Below the pieces are notes generated by a model. That model did not search any database, was not told the origin of the DNA, and saw nothing but the letters and a program-made list of their open reading frames with translations. A stretch of 64,000 nucleotides of DNA from Candidatus Aceula meridiana. Lineage in GTDB: Bacteria; Omnitrophota; Gorgyraeia; Zapsychrales; Aceulaceae. Shown here in pieces: positions 20,403 to 28,812 of this stretch. Both the position numbers and the translations under genes were made by a program. The stretch is taken from NCBI GenBank assembly GCA_030765185.1, contig JAVCDE010000002.1:853-64852 (forward strand), in the 5' to 3' direction. Every line of letters starts with the position of its first letter. The first letter of the stretch is position 1.

Positions 20403-21400
20403 GCCAGCAAAAGCTTACCGTTTCTCTTTCTCCGCATACATCTGGCAAGGATTCCGTCCATCGCGTGATGATTGATGTTGTGATCGCGCTTTTACCGGCT
20501 CTTGCGATGTCGTTCTACATTTTTGGGTTTGGCGCGTTTCGCGTTACGCTTTTAGCGGTTTTTTCCTGTGTGCTTTTTGAATATTTAATTCAAAAATTTA
20601 TGCTAAAAGTTAAACCAACAATTAATGATGGGTCAGCGGTTGTTACAGGGATGCTGCTTGCATTTAACTTACCGAGCAATCTTCCTTGGTGGATGGTAAT
20701 CGTCGGAAGTCTCGTCGCGATTGGTATCGCTAAAATGTCGTTTGGCGGCCTTGGCAACAATCCGTTTAATCCGGCTTTAGTCGGGCGCGTTTTCCTTTTT
20801 ATCTCTTTCCCAGTTGCCATGACAAGCTGGCCAAAACCAATTGTCACGCGCATGTCTTTAGTGGATGCCGTGACAGGAGCCACGCCTTTAGCAATTGTTA
20901 AAGAGGGGTTTAAAAATAATGTAGCAGTGACAGAGTTAATGACAAAACTTCCAAGCTACTTAGATCTTTTTATTGGAAAAGTTGGTGGATCTCTTGGAGA
21001 AATTTCTGCTGCTGCGCTTATTTTAGGAGGAATGTATCTTTTGTATCGAAAGGTTATTAGCTGGCATATTCCAATAGCGATGCTGCTGACGGTTTTTGTT
21101 TTTTCCGGAATTCTTTGGCGTGTTAGCCCGGATAAATATATCGATCCTCTATTTCAAATTCTGACCGGTGGAATTTTTTTAGGAGCAATTTTTATGGCGA
21201 CGGACATGGTGACATCGCCAATGACACCAAAAGGGATGATTATCTTCGGGTGTGGCATAGGGCTTATTACGGTTGTTATTCGTGTCTTTGGAGCGTACCC
21301 CGAAGGTGTTTCTTTTGCGATTTTAATCATGAATGCCTTTGTGCCGCTGATTGATAAATTTTGTAAACCTTCAAAATATGGGCTTGTAAAAAATGGCTAA
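20399..21400 (+). CDS. rnfD: Rnf complex subunit D
   Basis: 333 aa polytopic membrane protein with conserved NqrB/RnfD regions (GATPLA...). Confidence 0.85.
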   Translation: MSQQKLTVSLSPHTSGKDSVHRVMIDVVIALLPALAMSFYIFGFGAFRVTLLAVFSCVLFEYLIQKFMLKVKPTINDGSAVVTGMLLAFNLPSNLPWWMVIVGSLVAIGIAKMSFGGLGNNPFNPALVGRVFLFISFPVAMTSWPKPIVTRMSLVDAVTGATPLAIVKEGFKNNVAVTELMTKLPSYLDLFIGKVGGSLGEISAAALILGGMYLLYRKVISWHIPIAMLLTVFVFSGILWRVSPDKYIDPLFQILTGGIFLGAIFMATDMVTSPMTPKGMIIFGCGIGLITVVIRVFGAYPEGVSFAILIMNAFVPLIDKFCKPSKYGLVKNG

Positions 21401-21968
21401 AAATCCATCCAACTTCCTTAATATGGTTCTCACGCTATTTGTGATTACATTTATCTCATCCGCTGCGCTAGGATTTTTTTATGAACAAACAAAAGGGCCG
21501 ATTGCAAAAGTCGCGCTTGCGAAAAAGACAAAAGCCATTGCTGAAGTTGTCCCATCTTTTGATAATGATCCTCTTAAAGACACATTTACGGTTGATATTG
21601 ATGGAGAAACTTTAACGTTTTATCGTGCGACCGAGAACGGAAAAATTGTTGGAACAGCTATCGAGACATTTACAAAGAATGGTTTTGGCGGGCTGATAAG
21701 GCTTATGGTTGGACTTCTGCCAGACAATACCATTGATAATATCGTTGTTGTCCTTGCGAATGAAACCCCTGGATTAGGAGATAAAATAAAAAAATCGAAA
21801 TCAAACTTTTCCGATCAATTTAATGGAAAGAATCCTTCAAGCTTTAAAATTGCCGTTAGGCAAGACGGGGGAGATGTTGATGCAATAACTGCAGCAACAA
21901 TTTCTTCAAGAGCTTTCTGCGATGCTGTAGAACGTGCATACACTACATATCAAAAGGAAATGAAATAA
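21393..21968 (+). CDS. rnfG: Rnf complex subunit G (FMN-binding)
   Basis: 191 aa; N-terminal TM; FMN-attachment motif [12 protein letters not shown]. Confidence 0.8.
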   Translation: MAKNPSNFLNMVLTLFVITFISSAALGFFYEQTKGPIAKVALAKKTKAIAEVVPSFDNDPLKDTFTVDIDGETLTFYRATENGKIVGTAIETFTKNGFGGLIRLMVGLLPDNTIDNIVVVLANETPGLGDKIKKSKSNFSDQFNGKNPSSFKIAVRQDGGDVDAITAATISSRAFCDAVERAYTTYQKEMK

Positions 21969-22555
21969 TGAGTCAATGGCAAAACTTTACAAAAGGCTTT
22001 TTGAAGGAGAATCCTGTTTTTATTCTTCTTTTAGGCCTGTGTCCAACTCTAGGTGTAACAACAACTGCTATTAATGGCCTTGGGATGGGCCTGGCAACAA
22101 CATTTGTTTTGGTCATGTCGAACATTGTCATTTCGCTAATTAAGGGCCTTATTCCTGATAAGGTACGTATTCCATCTTTTATCGTTGTCATAGCCGCCTT
22201 TGTAACGGTTGTGGATTTGGTTATGGCAGGTTATTTGCCAACGCTTCATGAGCAGCTTGGTATTTTTATTCCGTTGATCGTTGTCAACTGCATTGTACTC
22301 GGGCGCGCTGAGGCTTTTGCCTCTAAAAATACTTTTGTGACATCGATGATTGATGGTTTTGGCATGGGCCTTGGATTTACCTTGGCCGTTGTGACCCTAG
22401 GAGCTATTCGTGAAGCCTTAGGCGCAGGAGCGATTTTTGGATTTAAATTTATCTCTGGTGATGCGATTTTAATTTTTGCTATGGCACCAGGAGCTTTTAT
22501 TGTTTTAGGGTACTTGATCGCAATTGTTAACAAAATGAACAAAGGAGTTAAATAA
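21968..22555 (+). CDS. rnfE: Rnf complex subunit E
   Basis: [28 protein letters not shown]...[22 protein letters not shown] strongly RsxE/RnfE-like. Confidence 0.85.
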   Translation: MSQWQNFTKGFLKENPVFILLLGLCPTLGVTTTAINGLGMGLATTFVLVMSNIVISLIKGLIPDKVRIPSFIVVIAAFVTVVDLVMAGYLPTLHEQLGIFIPLIVVNCIVLGRAEAFASKNTFVTSMIDGFGMGLGFTLAVVTLGAIREALGAGAIFGFKFISGDAILIFAMAPGAFIVLGYLIAIVNKMNKGVK

Positions 22556-22556
22556 A

Positions 22557-22931
22557 ATGAGAAAAATTATACTTGCTATTATCTTTGTTTTATTAGCATC
22601 ATCTGCGCTTTTCGCGCAAGGATATAATGATCATCGCGATTCCGTTAATCTTGTTCGGCAACGCATTGATCGTATTTGGACAGGAAAAACTGAACCAGAG
22701 ATAAAAAGAATTCTTGGTGAGCCCGACAAGACTGAAGTTTATGAGAATAAGAAGGGGCGAATCGTTAAAGTTTTATATTATCTTATTGATGATTCTCATA
22801 CATGTTTAACTAAAAAAATGGATGAATGCTTTATTCCTCTGATACTCGAAAACGCACAGCTTATCGGTAAAGGATCAGAATCTCTCGAAATAACAAAACA
22901 AAGATACAATCTAGAAAAAGCTTTTGAATAA
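22557..22931 (+). CDS. Hypothetical secreted protein encoded inside the rnf operon
   Basis: 124 aa; SD AAAGGAG 10 nt upstream; signal peptide [22 protein letters not shown]; stop TAA overlaps rnfA ATG (TAATG); no recognisable domain. Confidence 0.6.
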   Translation: MRKIILAIIFVLLASSALFAQGYNDHRDSVNLVRQRIDRIWTGKTEPEIKRILGEPDKTEVYENKKGRIVKVLYYLIDDSHTCLTKKMDECFIPLILENAQLIGKGSESLEITKQRYNLEKAFE

Positions 22932-23503
22932 TGAAGTATATCCTTTTAATCATATCAGCCGTTCTTGTTAACAATATCGTCCTGACACAATTTTTGGGGA
23001 TTTGTCCTTTCCTCGGCGTCTCTAAGAGACTGTCGACTGCCGTTGGGATGGGAGGGGCTGTCCTTTTTGTTATGACGTTGGCCACCATCGTAACCTATTT
23101 AATTCAAAATTATATTTTAGTGCCTATGGGGATAGAGTTCATGCAAACGGTGGTCTACATTTTAATAATTGCAGCTCTTGTTCAAATGGTTGAATTAATT
23201 CTAAAAAAAGTTTCACCTGCGCTTTATCAGGCTTTGGGTGTTTTTCTGCCGTTGATTACAACAAATTGTGCAATTTTAGGTGTTGCGATTTTAGTTATCC
23301 GCAAAGAGTATAACTTGATGGAAAGCACAGTTTTCGCTATTGCCAATGCCATTGGCTTTACGCTTGCGTTGATTATCTTTTCTGGTATTCGTGAAAAGCT
23401 TGAACTTCTTGATGTTCCTCAAGCCATGAAGGGAACCCCCATTGCCCTTATCATCGCTGGACTTCTTGCTCTTGCCTTTATGGGTTTTGCGGGAATTGTG
23501 TAG
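22931..23503 (+). CDS. rnfA: Rnf complex subunit A
   Basis: [31 protein letters not shown]...[14 protein letters not shown] strongly RsxA/RnfA-like. Confidence 0.85.
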   Translation: MKYILLIISAVLVNNIVLTQFLGICPFLGVSKRLSTAVGMGGAVLFVMTLATIVTYLIQNYILVPMGIEFMQTVVYILIIAALVQMVELILKKVSPALYQALGVFLPLITTNCAILGVAILVIRKEYNLMESTVFAIANAIGFTLALIIFSGIREKLELLDVPQAMKGTPIALIIAGLLALAFMGFAGIV

Positions 23504-23506
23504 TGT

Positions 23507-24547
23507 ATGTCGAATGAAAACTTTCAAGCTAGCTGGGGACAAAATTTAAATAATAAAGAAGTCCGCTGCCAGCTTTGTCCGCGCGAATGCCTCTTAAAAG
23601 AGGGGCAGCGCGGATTTTGCTTTGTGCGCCAGAATATCGACGGAAATCTTATCCTGACGACTTATGGCCGCTCAAGCGGTTTTTGTATTGATCCTATTGA
23701 GAAAAAGCCTCTTTATCATTTTTACCCAGGAAGCCCAATCCTTTCCTTTGGAACAGCCGGATGCAACCTAGGATGTTTGTTTTGTCAAAATTGGAATATT
23801 TCAAAATCAAAAGAATTTGATAGGCTCACAGAGCAAGCAACGCCGAAACAAATCGCTGAAGCTGCAAAAAAAAGACATTGTCCTTCCGTTGCCTTTACAT
23901 ACAATGATCCTGTAATTTTTACTGAATATGCCATTGACGTTGCTAAAGAGTGTCACAATCTAGGAGTTAAAACAGTTGCCGTAACTGCCGGATATATTAA
24001 CCCGAAGCCACGTAAAAAATTTTTTGAACATATCGATGCAGCCAATGTCGACCTCAAAGCCTTTAGTGAAAACTTTTATGAAAAGTTTTGCCTTGGGCAT
24101 CTCGATCCTGTTCTAGATACTCTTAAATACATCAAGAATGAAACAAAAATTTGGCTTGAGATAACAACTCTGATTATTCCCAGTAAAAATGATTCGGACG
24201 AAGAATTAGATGAAATGACGTCTTGGATTGCTAAAGAGCTTGGGACTGATGTGCCTATTCACTTTAGTGCTTTTCATCCAAGTTTTAAAATTTTAGATAT
24301 TTCAGCCACGCCAAAGGAGACCTTAACAAAAGCTCGCGCCATTGCTTTAAAAAATGGATTGAGATATGTTTATACTGGGAACGTAAACGACGATGAAGGT
24401 TCATCGACATACTGCCCTAATTGTAAAAAAATGATAATTCAGCGTTTTGGATACACGCTTGTTGAATCTCATATTAAAAATAAAAAATGTATTTTTTGTA
24501 ATACAGAGGTTGCCGGATATTTTACGAAAGAGATGAAAAATCAATGA
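23507..24547 (+). CDS. Radical SAM enzyme of the AmmeMemoRadiSam type
   Basis: 346 aa; N-terminal C-x-L-C-P-R-E-C (VRCQLCPRECLLKEGQRGFCFVR) plus radical-SAM CNLGCLFCQNW as in AmmeMemoRadiSam-system proteins / PflA-like activases. Confidence 0.65.
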   Translation: MSNENFQASWGQNLNNKEVRCQLCPRECLLKEGQRGFCFVRQNIDGNLILTTYGRSSGFCIDPIEKKPLYHFYPGSPILSFGTAGCNLGCLFCQNWNISKSKEFDRLTEQATPKQIAEAAKKRHCPSVAFTYNDPVIFTEYAIDVAKECHNLGVKTVAVTAGYINPKPRKKFFEHIDAANVDLKAFSENFYEKFCLGHLDPVLDTLKYIKNETKIWLEITTLIIPSKNDSDEELDEMTSWIAKELGTDVPIHFSAFHPSFKILDISATPKETLTKARAIALKNGLRYVYTGNVNDDEGSSTYCPNCKKMIIQRFGYTLVESHIKNKKCIFCNTEVAGYFTKEMKNQ

Positions 24548-25311
24548 AGATTATTAGTTGGAACGTTAATGGCATTCGAGCCAGCGAGAAAAAAGGATTC
24601 TTAAATTGGCTGAAAAAAGAAAGTCCAGACATTTTGTGTGTTCAGGAGACAAAGTGTGCGCCAGAGCAGCTTAACGAGAATCTTCTTAACCCTCTTGGAT
24701 ATCAAAGCTTTTGGTCAGCCTCAACAATTCGAAAAGGATACAGTGGTGTTGCAGTTTATGCAAAGAAAAGCCCGAAATCCATTACGGACAAGCTTGAAAA
24801 AAAAGAATTTGATTGTGAGGGACGTCAGCTTATTTGTGACTTTGGGAAGTTTGTTCTTTGTAATGTTTATTTCCCAAATGGGGGACAAGGTAACAAACGT
24901 GTTCCTTACAAGATGCGATTTTATGAAAAATTTCTTAATACAATTGAGTCCTATGTTGAAAAAGGCAAAAATGTCATTGTAACCGGTGACGTCAATACCG
25001 CACACACAGAAATCGATCTTGCTCGCCCAAAAGGCAATGAGGAAAACACCGGGTTTTTGCCTAAGGAGCGTGCTTGGATTAGTAAGCTAATCAAAAAAGG
25101 ATACGTGGATACATTTCGTTATTTTCACCCAGACGAACCGCATCATTACACTTATTGGGATTACAAAACCGGTGCACGCGCAAGAAACGTTGGATGGCGC
25201 TTAGATTATTTCTTCGTTAATAAAAAATTTCTGCCTAGAGTCAAGAAATCCTATATCCTAAAAGATGTTTTAGGCTCTGATCATTGTCCTATCGGTTTGG
25301 AAATAAAATAG
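24544..25311 (+). CDS. xth: Exodeoxyribonuclease III
   Basis: MKIISWNVNGIRA...QETK...; C-terminal SDHCP motif; 255 aa. Confidence 0.85.
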   Translation: MKIISWNVNGIRASEKKGFLNWLKKESPDILCVQETKCAPEQLNENLLNPLGYQSFWSASTIRKGYSGVAVYAKKSPKSITDKLEKKEFDCEGRQLICDFGKFVLCNVYFPNGGQGNKRVPYKMRFYEKFLNTIESYVEKGKNVIVTGDVNTAHTEIDLARPKGNEENTGFLPKERAWISKLIKKGYVDTFRYFHPDEPHHYTYWDYKTGARARNVGWRLDYFFVNKKFLPRVKKSYILKDVLGSDHCPIGLEIK

Positions 25312-25321
25312 GAGGAGTTTT

Positions 25322-25828
25322 GTGAGAAATAACTTTATCGTTTTAACTTTTAGCTTATTGATTCTAATTTCGAGCGAAAAAGGGGGATTTGCCATGAAAA
25401 TAACTAGTCCTGAATTTAAGCACAATGAAATGATTCCTCAGAAGTTTACCTGTCAAGGCACAGATGTATCGCCGACTTTAGACATTTCTGATATCCCGGA
25501 AGGAACAAAAAGCCTAGCATTAATAGTCGATGACCCTGATGCGCCTATCGGCAATTGGGATCATTGGATTGTTTATAATATTTCACCAGCGATCTCTAGG
25601 ATTGAAGAAAAATCTATTCCAGGCGATCAAGCTATTAATGATTTTGGCCACAAAGACTGGGGTGGCCCATGCCCACCTAGCGGAACCCACCGCTATTTTT
25701 TCAAATTATATGCTCTAGATACAGAGCTCAAGCTTACTGATAGCGCACGAAAAAAGGACCTTGAGCGTGCTATGGATGGACATATTCTTGAGAAAACACA
25801 ATTAATAGGTCTCTATAAGAAATTCTAA
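25322..25828 (+). CDS. YbhB/YbcL-family phosphatidylethanolamine-binding (PEBP) protein, secreted
   Basis: GTG start 5 nt after SD GGAGGAG; signal peptide then ...LALIVDDPDAPIGNWDHWIVYNI...GGPCPPSGTHRYFFKLYALD (PEBP core). Confidence 0.8.
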   Translation: MRNNFIVLTFSLLILISSEKGGFAMKITSPEFKHNEMIPQKFTCQGTDVSPTLDISDIPEGTKSLALIVDDPDAPIGNWDHWIVYNISPAISRIEEKSIPGDQAINDFGHKDWGGPCPPSGTHRYFFKLYALDTELKLTDSARKKDLERAMDGHILEKTQLIGLYKKF

Positions 25829-25948
25829 CCATTTCTCATTTATTTTTGATAAAAAAATGCTATTTTTTGGTTATTTTGCTTAAAATTTGTGCAATTCCAG
25901 GCAAAATCCCAATTTATATGCTATATTATATACAATAAAAAATATATT

Positions 25949-28711
25949 ATGACAAATTTTAATCAAAAGACTCATAAACCGATATTTTGTACCGGAATCT
26001 GCTTAGCTCTGGTATGGCTCCTTGTCTTAGGGCCAGCACTACCCTATGCTAGCTATGCCCAAACTGCTGCAGTCTTGCCTCAGGCAAATTACCTTGCAAT
26101 GCCTCCAGCTGGAACTAGAATTTCTCCAAGCCAAATCTATACCCCTGTTCTTATTAAGGGTATACAAATCGACCCTATAAATCCCTTTAATTTGGATTTT
26201 ATTATAGACACCGGAAATTCTAATCTAGATGATCAGGCCCTTAAAAAGGAGACAGAGAGGCTTGTCCGATACTTTTTAACGGCTTTAACAATCCCAGACG
26301 ATGAGTTTTGGGTTAATCTGTCACCATTTGAGCAAGATAAAATTATCACAGAGGATTTCTCAGCAACAGAGATGGGGAGAGACCTTCTTGCTCAGGATTA
26401 TCTTTTGAAACAGGTTACCGCATCACTCATTTATCCCGAAGACGAACTTGGTAAGAATTTTTGGAAAAAAGTTTACAAGAAAGCTTATGACAAATATGGC
26501 ACAACGAATATTCCGACAGATACCTTTAATAAGGTATGGATTATGCCAAAGACCGCAAAAATTTATCAAGAGGGAAGAAAAGTTTTTGTTGTCGAAAGCA
26601 CTTTAGAAGTTTTACTTGAAGAAGACTATCTTGCAAAAACAAAGAGCCAGAGAGATTCCAGCAGCCATCAAAAACAGAGCAGGGTTGCTTCCGAAATTGT
26701 TCGAGAGATTATTGTTCCAGAAATTGAAAAAGAAGTCAATGAGGGTAAGAATTTCGCACCTCTTCGTCAAATTTATCATGCAGTTATTCTGGCAACATGG
26801 TTTAGAAAGAACTTAAAAGGACACCTCATCAATCAAGCATATTCTTCTCAGTCAAAAATTAATGGAATTAATACTGTTAATAAAAAATCTAAAGAAGAAA
26901 TCTATGCTCAATATCTCGCAGCCTACAAAAAAGGCGCCTATAATCTTATCCGAGTTGAACGGGATGAATTTACGCAAAAAAATATTCCTCGAAAATATTT
27001 TGCCGGAGGCATTGTTTTAAATAATGAAATTATAAGTGCACCAACAAAAGTTAAGAAAAAAATGTCTCAGCAGATTCTCAACAGCATTACTGGCGCTCCA
27101 AAGCTTCTTAAAGTAAAACTAAGAAACCTTTGGAAAAATTCACAGCTGAACAAACGAATTAATGAGAGCAAGTACTATCAGAAAGAGCTTGAGAGAATGA
27201 GTAATATTCCAAAGCCGATTGCAGAAAAGATAGTAGATATTCTAAAAAAAATTAACAGAAAATTCGAGCCAACAAAAGTTGCGGTTTACAACAAAGAAGC
27301 CCATGGCAATATTAAGAATATTCGAGAGCGTCCGGCACGACTTAATTTAATACTTTATTTTAATGACACAAACGGATTCAAAACTAGAAGCACAGATACC
27401 ACGCAAAGACAGTATGAACAAAATTTAACCATACATATTCGCTATCTGTTGATGACGCTAGAAGACCTTTTAGCACCAAAAACAGAAACCCGAAAGAGTA
27501 TCCGCAAGCTTATTCATAACCTAGAATCTCCTTTTATTATAAAAGTTGTCGGCGCATACTGTGCATCAACAGAAACCCTCAAACCATTTTATGGGCTTGA
27601 TGAATATCTGGGACAGACAACACATAAATTCTTTGCACTTGAAAGTACAGGCAGGCTTTTGGAAGAAAGGGAAGTTCTAAACCGTAAGAACATAAACGCA
27701 CTTGACCTGAGCATGAACTACATAGACGATAATTTGTATTTTGGAGATGTTCATCAAAATGAAAATAAAATGGGCCGCCTAGGCTCTGGAACTGCAACAG
27801 ATGTCTTCAAGACGCCTTATCGCTCGCTAACAGTAAGGATTAAGTACGAATCAAATACTTTTGAGAACGACAGGAACAAAAGACTTGCGCGACGGACCGA
27901 AGAAAACCTTTTTAAAAAATTAAGCAAGCTAGGAATTGCGCCTAATGCCTACAAATCAGGAGAGGTCAACGACTATAATTATATTTTTGTAGACCGCATT
28001 ATTGGAACATCACTTGATGAAAAATATGACGACCTAAGAATAGAAAAACGAGGGTTGCGATACAATAAGGTAAAAATGATAGAAAATCTTTTACGCACTT
28101 TGTTAAAAAATCGCATCATAGTAACTGACTTCTTTAAGCCTTCAAACATAATGATTGGAAGATTTTATGGGATCAATCACACTCAAGCTTTTATTTGCGA
28201 CGTCATGAAGGCTCAAGATTCAAAACGAGGGCTAATTGATCTAGCCAAAGCATATAAGATTCAACTTCAGCAAACAAATAAGTTTCATAAGAAAGTCGTT
28301 GCTGAAAATCCCAAAGAAAATTGGAAAATTTATGACCCGAAGGGATACTTAATCGAATTTCTCGATTATGTGATTGAGAATGGCGAAATTCCTGATTCCG
28401 AATGGGCAAACACTCTCGCCGGTGAAGAAGAAAAAGCCAACAGCATTAAAACAAGCCCTGACTTAAGAAATACAACTGCTTTGGATGAAGACAGCGCTGC
28501 ACCCAAAATAATATCTAGCCCAGCAAAGAAATTCGGCGGTATCGACCTTACCGCTGACAACATAGATCTAGAAATTGAAGGAAACAGAATAAATCCAGAC
28601 TTATTTGGATCTGCTTATCAAATTTATGCTGATGACATTGCTGGACTGCAACCGGTCACTATTGACATCAGCCCCATATCAAATTTTAGTCAATTCTTTA
28701 ATTTAAAGTAA
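25949..28711 (+). CDS. Large secreted hypothetical protein with C-terminal protein-kinase-like region
   Basis: ATG 25949 in AT-rich promoter context; signal peptide MTNFNQKTHKPIFCTGICLALVWLLVLGPALPYASYA-QT; 920 aa; Lys/Asn/Ile-rich; Gly-loop GRLGSGTATDVF, VRIK, catalytic-loop-like IVTDFFKPSNIMIG and ICDV (DFG-like) around nt 27770-28210. Confidence 0.6.
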   Translation: MTNFNQKTHKPIFCTGICLALVWLLVLGPALPYASYAQTAAVLPQANYLAMPPAGTRISPSQIYTPVLIKGIQIDPINPFNLDFIIDTGNSNLDDQALKKETERLVRYFLTALTIPDDEFWVNLSPFEQDKIITEDFSATEMGRDLLAQDYLLKQVTASLIYPEDELGKNFWKKVYKKAYDKYGTTNIPTDTFNKVWIMPKTAKIYQEGRKVFVVESTLEVLLEEDYLAKTKSQRDSSSHQKQSRVASEIVREIIVPEIEKEVNEGKNFAPLRQIYHAVILATWFRKNLKGHLINQAYSSQSKINGINTVNKKSKEEIYAQYLAAYKKGAYNLIRVERDEFTQKNIPRKYFAGGIVLNNEIISAPTKVKKKMSQQILNSITGAPKLLKVKLRNLWKNSQLNKRINESKYYQKELERMSNIPKPIAEKIVDILKKINRKFEPTKVAVYNKEAHGNIKNIRERPARLNLILYFNDTNGFKTRSTDTTQRQYEQNLTIHIRYLLMTLEDLLAPKTETRKSIRKLIHNLESPFIIKVVGAYCASTETLKPFYGLDEYLGQTTHKFFALESTGRLLEEREVLNRKNINALDLSMNYIDDNLYFGDVHQNENKMGRLGSGTATDVFKTPYRSLTVRIKYESNTFENDRNKRLARRTEENLFKKLSKLGIAPNAYKSGEVNDYNYIFVDRIIGTSLDEKYDDLRIEKRGLRYNKVKMIENLLRTLLKNRIIVTDFFKPSNIMIGRFYGINHTQAFICDVMKAQDSKRGLIDLAKAYKIQLQQTNKFHKKVVAENPKENWKIYDPKGYLIEFLDYVIENGEIPDSEWANTLAGEEEKANSIKTSPDLRNTTALDEDSAAPKIISSPAKKFGGIDLTADNIDLEIEGNRINPDLFGSAYQIYADDIAGLQPVTIDISPISNFSQFFNLK

Positions 28712-28812
28712 TCCCCTCAAAAAAATACTATTTTTTAATCTTTCATTTACATTTTTATAAATATATATATAATAGATGAATATCTGGATTGAGCTCATCT
28801 AAAAAAATATTT

